From the NCBI GenBank assembly GCA_964016885.1, contig OZ024763.1, positions 26,412,001 to 26,476,000 on the forward strand: a stretch of 64,000 nucleotides of DNA. Reading direction: 5' to 3'. Made by a program: the position numbers and the translations under genes. This DNA is from Eledone cirrhosa (taxonomy: Eukaryota). Under the pieces are notes generated by a model. It was not told the DNA's origin and did no database searches. It saw only the letters and a program-made list of their open reading frames with translations. Each line of letters opens with the position of its first letter. Position 1 is the stretch's first letter. Positions 54,788 to 64,000 of the stretch are shown in pieces.

Positions 54788-55265
54788 ACGGTCGATTGGC
54801 AGAATCGGTAGAGAGTCAGACGCTATACTTTGCAGCATAAAGTTACGGCCCTTTAGGGTTTGGGTTCAAATCCTGCCGAGGTTCACTTTGCCTTTCATCC
54901 CTACGGGGTCGATAAAATAAAGTACCAGTCACGTAATTACTGGCCTTGTGCCTATATTAGATATCATTATTTTTTACACACACACACACACACCGTACCG
55001 TCCCATCTTTATTGTCCTCTTAATGGATGATGGATTGGCAGTATTGGTAGAGTCAGACGCTATGCTTTCCAGCATGGAGTTATGGCCCTTTACCGCCGAC
55101 ATTCAAATCCCACGAAGGTTAACAAAATAAAGTACCAGTAATGTACTGGGATAATTGCTGGCCTTGTGCCAAAAGTATAGAATTACAGCCCAAATCCCGC
55201 CGAGGTTAACTTTGCCTTTCATCCTTATGGGGTCGATAAAAATAAAGTACCAGTGACGCACTGGG
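54788..55265 (+). mobile_element. Three SINE A copies or fragments
   Basis: ~54788-54965, ~55028-55180 (core deleted), ~55190-55265. Confidence 0.85.
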
Positions 55266-56029
55266 ATGATCTTATTAACAGTGGATCATTTAATTGACTC
55301 CCAATCAAGTTATGTAACCTCAGATAGACAGGGCTGTTTCCAAAACTGTTGTTTTCTACAATGTCCTAACGCTGGGACTGATTCCAATTCTATCAAGGTT
55401 GATGCTGTTGTTGTTGTTGTTGTTGTTGTCAGTGTTTATACTGTTTATATCTTGCTTCAATGTGGAGGACAGGATGGACGTGGCTGCCATCTTTTTATCT
55501 TGATTAGTGTCTCTCGTCTAGATATTAGACCTTGGCGAGATTTGAACTTAGAGGGCAACAAACAGAAACGAATGCCACAAAGAACTTTATCCGATATTCT
55601 AACTACTGCAAATGTACCTAGTATTTCACTCCACCTCAATGTCATGATAGATATTAGATATTACTACAAACGTTCCTAGCATTTCACCCCATCTTAATGT
55701 CATAATAGATACCACAACAAATGTTCCAAGCATTTCACCCCCACCTCAAGGTCACATTAGATACAAGACACTGCTGCAATGTAGACATAAAAACCTACAG
55801 AGAAAGACAGAAAGATTTTTATATTGCAGATTCTGTCTGTTGTAAAACAGCTGTAAAGATGCTAGACTTAAAAACAGATATTAGATACCATCATGATCCA
55901 TGTACAGACCTTCCCAGTTATATATATGTTGATACACACAAAACATTAAAAACAACTCTCTCTCTTACACACACACACACACACCTCCCTTTTACTATTT
56001 TTAATCTTTTCTAGTCAATCTACTTGTAC

Positions 56030-56062
56030 TCTCCTGACGAAGGACTAAAGTCCGATAAGTTC
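56030..56062 (+). ncRNA. Degenerate hammerhead motif, probably inactive
   Basis: CTGACGA-A-GGAC(TAAA)GTCC-GATA; GAAA box altered. Confidence 0.4.
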
Positions 56063-56131
56063 AACTTTTTTTCTGTCTTTCATCAAAACCATGAACCCAA
56101 TATCACTAATTGGTTTTGATTCTGTGTCATT

Positions 56132-56286
<155 letters not shown>

Positions 56287-56614
56287 GGGGGGCAAAAAAA
56301 AAAAGAGAGAGAATTTATTTATGATCATACATGGAACAAAAGCAGTACCGAAGGTTTCAAGGCCCAAATTTGACCATACCTCCAGAATACAAGAAGCTTC
56401 AAATTCTGCTTATCCAATATGTTCATAATGAAATCATACAAAGGGTTGGGAGGACCTTTCAGTTGTGTCAAAGACATGACAACCCCTCCTGTGTACTCAC
56501 AAGCACATGAGACTGTACCTAAGTGAGATGCAGACCCTCCCCCAACCGGTCTGGGAAGTTAGTAACCTCATTTCAGTACTGACTTGGTTTACCATCCTAC
56601 CCTTGCTAACAGAG

Positions 56615-56987
56615 AAAAGACTGCCTTGAACCCAAAGGCTCATCAGATCCTTGTTTATCCCAGTTTCCATGGCGCAAAGTGTCAGAGTACAAGACACCCG
56701 TCTCCTGGACATGACGCCAGTCTAATGCAGGGTTAAACCCCCAGCAATTGCTGCTGGGTAATCATCTTCAACTGCGTATACTGGAGCAATGTGAAATGAA
56801 GTGTTTTGCTCAAGAACACAACCACACAACCCAGTCCAGGTATTGAAACTACAACATTATGATCATAAGTCCAACACCCTTACCACTGGAGCAACATGAA
56901 ATGAAGTATTTTGCTCAAGAACATAACACACAGCCCAGTCCAGATATTGAACTCCCAACACCCTTACCACTAGGCCACATGCCTCTC
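56615..56987 (-). mobile_element. SINE family C with duplicated head segment
   Basis: CTGGAGCAAYRTGAAATGAAGT(G/A)TTTTGCTCAAGAACA occurs twice; body similar to 59900-60060. Confidence 0.75.
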
Positions 56988-57821
56988 CTAGCAGTGAAAG
57001 TGGACATTAAACAATGATGACGATGATGATGATGATGATACCACATTTATATTACCATCAAAACAATAAAGTCCATTTACACATTGGTTGCTGACAAATG
57101 AATTTTTTTTTTCTTTCTAAATGATGAGAGGCGTGTATATTTAAAATATAATAATAAAGATAATAATAATTCTAAAAATCCATCCATGTCATTATGGTGG
57201 ACAGCTCAAGTTAAGCTCTGGCAGAATAAATAAAAATAAATCATTGTATTTATTTAGCTGATATCTCTAATTGGAGTTCATTGATTAATGCTATTTTGGA
57301 TAAGACTAACGAGGATGCATGTTCCAGCTTGCAGTTGGTGGCAGGTCATATGGTCATATATAATTGATGTTGTTACATTGATGAAATATCGACCTAGACA
57401 GACAATGCTGGTTGCTAGATTGGTTGGAGGCTGGGGTTGTCGGTTGGTTGGCTGGGATGGTCGGTGGTTGGGTTTTTTATTGGTGGGTGACTGGGTGAGT
57501 TAGTTGATTGGTTGGTGGTAGAACAAACACCACAGTTAATAGCTGCCATAAACTGGATTTGACAAGCTTAACCAGTAATATTTTGGGGAGAGGTTAGATT
57601 TAGACTTCAAGTCTGGAAGGGGCCCTGTATGCACAACAAACCCTCAAGTTTACATATCAAAGTTGGCTTGACAGATGTAATTGGAATTTGTCAAGTTATA
57701 TATACAGATGTTAAATGAAAAACAATCAATCTGACCACTTTCATTTTAAGTGCACTTTCCACTCTTAAATGTACTTAAAAACACACACAAGCATATACAT
57801 ATATATATATATATATATATA

Positions 57822-58306
57822 TCATCATCATCATCATCATCACCGTTTTACGTCCGTTCTTCCACGCTAGCATGGGTTAGACGGGTTGTCCTGTTGTGGG
57901 CAGTGTCTGGTCGGCTGACCATGCCTTGCTCATACAGGAACTGATCTGGCTTGATTTCTACAGCTGGATGCCCTTCCTAACACCAACCTCATTTACAGTG
58001 AGTGCTGGGTGCTTTTTCGTGGCGCCTACACGTCCACTTTACAGTGTGGGCTGGGTGCTTTTTTGCCGTGGCACCTCCACGACCACCTTGCGGTGGGGGG
58101 GGGGGGGGGGGGCATATTGTTTATATGCTTCAGCATATGTACCCATGGGAGGTCGGGTACCCTGTATTACTGCGTGACGCCAGAAGTCACGGTCGTGTGT
58201 CATTGACTTTGAGAGGTGTAGTTGGGTAAGGTCGGCTTTTATCACCTCATCCCAAGTCATCTTGGGTCTCCCCACTCCGCGGTTTCCATCAACTTCTAGT
58301 GCTCTG
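57822..58306 (-). mobile_element. RTE 3' ORF fragment joined to a SINE B-like 3' segment
   Basis: CRALEVDGNRGVGRPKMTWDEVIKADL..DRDFWRHAV, then a segment near-identical to the SINE B 3' half, then a (TGA)n tail. Confidence 0.8.
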
Positions 58307-58570
58307 CATATATACATATATACATATATATATACATATATATATGTATATACAGCCATATACACCCTATTCTTGCATAAAACTGGACAATCACATCCCC
58401 TTACCTTCTACAACAATCATAACAAACCAGATGAAACTACATTAGCAAGACATTCTTGAAAAGTATAAAACATGACTGTATCACATTAAATAGTAACGTT
58501 GTTACTCTAATGCTGCAAATTCTCAGAATCTGGCTACCAATAAAGATATAAACATTTGAAATAACATTAA

Positions 58571-59070
58571 CCCATTAGCATTTAAACCAGCCATATCTGG
58601 CCAGAATTCTCTCACTTCCGCCCACTGTATATATCCTCCCACTTCCGTCCACTGTAAAGTGGCCGTGTAGGTAACAACAAAAAGCACCCAGCCCACCCTG
58701 TAAAGTGGTCATGTAAAAAAAGGCTCCCAGTCCACACTGTAAATGTGGTTGGTGTTAGGAGGGGCATCCAACCATAGAAAACCTGCCAGAAACAGTTCTG
58801 TACGAGAGAGACACGGTCACCCAACCAATCTTGCCTCAAGTGGGACAAACCCGTCCAACCCATGCTAGCGTGCAAGATGGATGTTAAACAATGACGAAGA
58901 TGATGATGATGATAGAGTAATGTAAATGCTAAAGAGTTAAGGTACTGTTCTCAAAATATATAATATCAAAATCTCATAGATTCGATATTATGAGATAATT
59001 ATGTGAGGTAAAGCCTTTACCATGAAAATATAAGAGTATCCATAGAGAGAGTATAGGAAAGGATAAAGGG
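58571..59070 (+). mobile_element. MITE P pieces interrupted by a retroposon 3' segment (~58619-58912)
   Basis: TTAA|CCCATTAGCATTTA start; right ends near 58936 and 59070. Confidence 0.75.
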
Positions 59071-59420
59071 TTAATATACCCGTGGGTTTTCAATATTTTC
59101 TACTAAATCATACCAGGATATTAGTTAAGAGTTAATAATGTCCTGGTACGTGATGTGAGAGCCAGTTGGTGGCAGCAACAGCAGTATTAACAAAGTGACA
59201 GGAGTTTTAGACACTTAAATGTGATTAAATGTGATTTTAGGAGATGTGAGAACTGTGTGAGCAATAGATCAACTATTAAGTGTTTGTAGACTTGAGTAAA
59301 TACTGCACGAATATGTCATCAAGAGAAAAAACACATGTCACCACACATCACTGGTACAGTAGTTGAAAGTGAGAGTGTGTGAATGGGGGAGGGAGAGGAG
59401 AGAGAGATTGACAAATAGAC

Positions 59421-59475
<55 letters not shown>

Positions 59476-59894
59476 CAGAGACGCAAAGAAACAGAAAGAC
59501 AAAGAGAGAGAAGCAAACAGATTGACTGAGACAGAGAGAGAGAGAGAGATTCAGACCGATACAGTAAGCAGAGAGAGAGAGAGGCAAAGAAACAGATAGA
59601 CAGAGATAGAGAGAAAGAAACAGATTAACAGAGAAAAACCCAGACAGCAACAAACAGAGATATGGGGGAGTGTCTAGGAAATAACCCAGCAAGTTAAAAT
59701 GTTTTGGGTTTTTTTTTTTTGTTATAGGACATAGCAGTGTCCACCATCTCCAACTGGATCACCAAGCAATCATGTAACCGTTTCACTTTCCTTCCACCTG
59801 CCCAACCCTTGGCTGCCCGAGACCTGGGGCCAAGTACTTTCATGGAGTATTTTTAATAATATGAGCAATAAAATACCACCTAAAAATTCTAAAG

Positions 59895-60300
59895 TCTAAA
59901 GTTTGTCTGAAGCCCAGAGGCTCATTAGGCTGGTTCTTATCCCGGTTGCCATGGCACGAAGTGACCAAGAGTACAAGACTCCCCCCAGAACAGGACGCCC
60001 TTCCATAACAGGTTTCAACCTCCAGCTATTGCTGGTACTCATTTTCAGCTGAGTATACTGAAGCAACGTGAACCGAATCCAGGAATCAAACACACGACAT
60101 TATGGTCGTAAGCCCAACACCTTCACCACTGGAGCAACATGAAATAAAGTGTTTTGCTCAAGAACACAACCCACAACCCAGCCCAGGAATCAAACCCACG
60201 ACATTATGGTCGTAAGCCCAACACCTTCACCACTGGAACAACGTGAAATGAAGTGTTTTGCTCAAGAACACAACACACAACCCAGTCGTGGGTTTGATTC
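59895..60300 (-). mobile_element. SINE family C with internal duplications
   Basis: GCTGGTACTCATTTTCAGCTGAGT core; ACGACATTATGGTCGTAAGCCCAACACCTTCACCACTGGA occurs twice. Confidence 0.75.
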
Positions 60301-60582
60301 CTTGACTGTGCTGGTAACTTCTAAGTATTTGATGATCTACTTAAAAATAGGCTGAAGGCTGCTGTAGTTGTTGCTATTGTTATTACTGCTGCTGTTATTA
60401 TTGTTACTGTTACTGCTGTTATTGTTGTTGCTATTTTTAATGCTGCTACTGTTACTGTTGTTGCTGCTGTTATTGATGCTATTGTTACTTCTGCTGTTAT
60501 TGTCATTATTGTTACTGCTGTTGCTGCTATTGTTACTGCTGTTGTTACTGCTGTTGTTATTATTGTTGTTATTATTATTATA

Positions 60583-60787
60583 AGGGCGGTGGATTGGCAG
60601 TATCGGTAGAGGGTCGGACGCCATGCTTTGCAGCATAGAGTTACGGCTCTTTATGATCTGAGTTCAAATCCCGCCGAGGTTAACTTTGCCTTTCATCCTT
60701 ACGGGGTCGATAAAATAAAGTACCAGTGATGCACTGGGGGTAATTGCTGGCCTTGTGCCTAAAGTTAAAACAATTATTATTATTATT
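60583..60787 (+). mobile_element. Full-length SINE A inside a TTG/CTG/TTA tract
   Basis: GGGCGGTGGATTGGCAG head through (ATT)n tail. Confidence 0.93.
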
Positions 60788-61154
60788 AGTGCTGTTGTTG
60801 TTGATACTATTGTTTATTGCTGATGTTGCTATTGTTAATGCTGCTACTGCTACCGTTGTTGCTGTTGCTACTGTTGTTGTTAAACTATGCTGAGAATGAA
60901 ACATGTGACACTACAAAAATTATATATATTTCTATAGAAACAGAACTTTGAATGATGGTGAGAACTATTAAACTATTTCAATGGTAGCACCATTAACTAA
61001 TATAAACACATTTAGGAAATACTTATTAAAAACTGTTGCTATGGGGTGGGGGTGAAGAAGAGGGGGAAGAGGAGGATGAGGGGGAGGGGGAACCTGAACA
61101 TGTATAAAATACTTATTTAAAATCAAAAGAAAAAAAAGTTTATAGAGGGAAAGC

Positions 61155-61383
61155 GGAGGTGAATGAGGTGAGATGGGGAGGGAGGAGGTGAGATGGGGAG
61201 GGAGGAGGTGAGATGGGGAGGGAGGAGGTGAGATGGGGAGGGAGGAGGTGAGATGGGGAGGGAGGAGGTGAGTGGCTAAGGAGGAGGTGAGTGGGGAAGG
61301 AGGAGGTGAGTGGGGAGGGAGGAGGTGAGTGGGGAAGGAGGAGGCGAGTGGGGAAGGAGGAGGTGAGTGGGGGGGGGGGGGGG
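61155..61383 (+). repeat. 19-20 bp G-rich minisatellite
   Basis: GAGGTGAGATGGGGAGGGAG, ~11 copies. Confidence 0.92.
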
Positions 61384-61619
61384 CCCAAGTGAACACATTT
61401 ATAAAATATTTATTTAAAACAAAGCCAGTTTATTGTATGAAAAGAAAGATGAAGATTGGGAAGAGGGGAAGGAAGAATAGAAGAGGAGGTATGGAAGAGG
61501 TGGAGGAGGAGATATATAGGTGGGCGAAGAAACACCCAAGGTAAACTCAACAATTATAAAATATTCAAAACAAAACCAGTTTACCTGACCCAAAGTAAAT
61601 AAGCCAGAAATATATTCTA

Positions 61620-62472
61620 GACAATAAAGCAATGGTCTATATAGGATAGGCCTGATACGTGTGTGTGAAGTGTGCTGTTGCCTGGTAGTGAAACATGGGC
61701 TGTGACTACATAAGATGTGTAATGAAGCATCCATGCTCTGTTGGATGTCCTATGTAAATGTGGTAGAATGGCAGAGCTTGGACGAACTGGGGAAGCTAGG
61801 ACTGGGTTTGAGAGGAATCTGAGGTGGTGTGCAGGAGAGAAGACTGCATTGGTACAGACATGCCAAGAAATCCCAGTGGTAGGAAGCTGCAATAGAAGTA
61901 AACCTGGGTATGAGAGGAATCTGAGGTGGTGTGCAGGAGAGAAGACTGCATTGGTACAGACATGCCAAGAAATCCCAGTGGTAGGAAGCTGCAATAGAAG
62001 TAAACCTGGGTATGAGAGGAATCTGAGGTGGTGTGCAGGAGAGAAGACTGCATTGGTACAGACATGCCAAGAAATCCCAGTGGAAGCAAGCTGCAATAGA
62101 GGTAGACCTGAGTATGGTATGAGAGGAATCCGAGGTGGTGCGCAGGAGAGGAGACTGTGTTGGTACGGACATGTGATGTATATATAGATGGTAATCACTG
62201 GGTGAAGAAGTGCCAAGAAATGCCAGTGGTAGGAAGTTGCAGTAGAGGTAGACCCGAGTATAAGAGGAGTCCGAGGTGGTGTGCAGGAAATGCCAGTGGA
62301 AGTAAGTCGCGGTCAACGTAGACCAAGAAAAACCCAGGCAGAAATGTGAGAGCTGACCTCAAATCGCAGACACTCACAGAGGAGATGACAAAGGAACACA
62401 AGTGAAGAGATGCTGAAAAGGACCCAAACAACCCACACAAGTGTGAGAGAATGGCCGTAAAAACAATTATGA
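61620..62472 (+). mobile_element. RTE LINE 3' fragment with 102-bp internal tandem amplification
   Basis: SVLLPGSETWAVT and ERRLCWYGHV motifs; unit starts at 61810, 61912, 62014, 62121. Confidence 0.85.
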
Positions 62473-62718
62473 GGGTTAGATAGGTAGATAGATAGATAGA
62501 CAGACAGATAGAGAGGTAGATAGATAGGTAGATAGGTAAATAGGCAAATAGGTAGACAGACAGATAGATAGACAGATAAATAGGTAAATAGGCAAATAGG
62601 TAGACAGACAGATAGATAGACAGATAAATAGGTAGGTAGATAGATAGATAAGTAGATAAACAGATAGATAGATAGCTAGATAGATAGCTAGATAGCTAGA
62701 TAAGCAGATAGATAGATA

Positions 62719-62805
62719 TATGTTTATTTGCCACAAGGGCGCACAAGAAATGGGACATTACAAGACGTGATGGCGGGGTTTTTACATAAAAGTTGTGTAG
62801 ACAAA
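62719..62805 (-). mobile_element. Short Tx1-like 3' end inside a (GATA)n tract
   Basis: TTTATTTGCCACAAGGGCGCACAAGAAATGGGACA resembles 15441-15477; GATA-like repeats on both sides (62476-62885). Confidence 0.6.
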
Positions 62806-63029
62806 TATGTAGGCAGATAGGCAGATAAATAGATAGGCATATAGCTAGATAAACAGGAAACCAGAGAGAGACAGGCAAACAGATAGCAACCATTATAGAA
62901 TTAGGTTTAATTAGTTTTACTGCAATTTCATGTAACAATGTGACAGTACACAAAAATGGGTTTTAATACATTGGTATAAAATACAACAATAAACATTCCA
63001 GAAACACTTTCAAGTAGGAATTTAGGCAG

Positions 63030-63730
63030 CTATCATCATCATCAGCTTTATTACTGTTTGATGTCAATTTTCCATGCCTATGTGGAGTGGTTTAACCGGC
63101 ATGGAGCGGAGTGGTTTAGACAAGTTGTCAGGCTTCACAAAACAGAAATAAGGTGGCAATGTCTTGCTTGTACATTCTGTTTTTTAGCTTCGTTTCTATG
63201 TGTAGGTGCCCTTCCTCATGCCAATCACTTTACAGAGTGGACTGGGTGTTTTTTGTCATGGTGCCAGCATTACCACTTTACAGGGTAGACAGGATGCTTT
63301 TGAAGATAGTACAAGCACTATCATTTTACAGGGAGGACTAAGTGCTTTTTAAGATGGCGACAGCACTAACTGCCACTTCTGGGCACTTTTTATCATGGCA
63401 TCAACACCACCACTTTACAGAGTGGACTGGGTGTTTTTTGCCTTGGCACCAGCACCTCATTACAGGGAGGAGTGAGAGCATTTTATCATGGCACCAGCAC
63501 AACCACTTTACAGGGTAGACTGGGTGCTTTTTCATAGTACCAGCACCAACACTTTATAAGTTAGATTGGATGCTTTTGAAGATGGTACCAGCACCACCAC
63601 TTTAAAGGGTGAACTGGGAGCATTTTATCATGGCACCAACCTTCCACTTTACAGAGTGGACTGGGTGTGTTTTATCATGGCAACAGCACCACCACTTTAA
63701 AGGGTGAACTGGGAGCATTTTATCACGATA
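63030..63730 (-). repeat. Retroposon tail plus degenerate ~45-48 bp tandem
   Basis: About 10 units ACCACTTTACAGRGTGGACTGGGTGYTTTTTATCATGGCACCAGC after TGCCCTTCCTCATGCCAA. Confidence 0.8.
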
Positions 63731-63744
63731 CCAGTCTATCGCAG

Positions 63745-63893
63745 ATACTGCTGGTACTCATTTTCAACTAAATATACTGGAACAACATGAAATTAAGTGT
63801 TTGTTTTTTCCTCAAGAACACAACATAGTCCAGGAATAGACAGAACCCATGACATCATGATCCTAATTCCAACACCCTAACCACTAGGTCACA
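63745..63893 (-). mobile_element. SINE family C head fragment
   Basis: GCTGGTACTCATTTTC..CTCAAGAACACAAC..CCCTAACCACTAGGTCAC. Confidence 0.7.
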
Positions 63894-63919
63894 TAAAACA
63901 GGTATAATACCCTTTAAAT

Positions 63920-64000
63920 CAGGGGTGTGTCGCAGGCGGCCCGTGGGCAACAATCCGGCCCACCAGACCTGTCAGAGTGGCTCGCAATGACCATTTTGAA
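63920..64000 (+). mobile_element. hAT (Charlie-like) element left end, cut by window edge
   Basis: CAGGGGTG..GCGGCCCGTGGGCAACAATCCGGCCC terminus preceded by CTTTAAAT. Confidence 0.65.

Overview
This is AT-rich eukaryotic, repeat-dominated non-coding DNA (intronic or intergenic). The microsatellite load and SINE families resemble a coleoid cephalopod such as Octopus, but that taxon call is inference. I found no supportable host protein-coding gene, rRNA, true tRNA or CRISPR array. Nearly all long ORFs in the track are simple-repeat artefacts, and the only protein-like segments are decayed non-LTR retrotransposon fragments (RTE, L1/Tx1-like, CRE-like, possibly one APE endonuclease). The window holds about 30 copies of one ~190-bp tRNA-derived SINE, three or more other SINE families, TTAA-flanked piggyBac-type MITEs, Tc1/pogo and hAT MITEs, Penelope-like remnants with minimal hammerhead ribozyme motifs, many minisatellites and multi-kb microsatellites. 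The best leads are: (i) all seven readable TSDs of the main SINE begin with ATTAT, the sequence of its own tail, which fits its co-oriented clusters; (ii) Tx1-like LINE ends embedded in (GATA)n or (AAT)n tracts; (iii) four minimal hammerhead motifs; (iv) a ~1-kb foldback made of an inverted SINE pair around a 117-bp hairpin; (v) a 10-copy hairpin motif array with microsatellite spacers. Coordinates were read by eye; element boundaries are approximate and family names need a library search.
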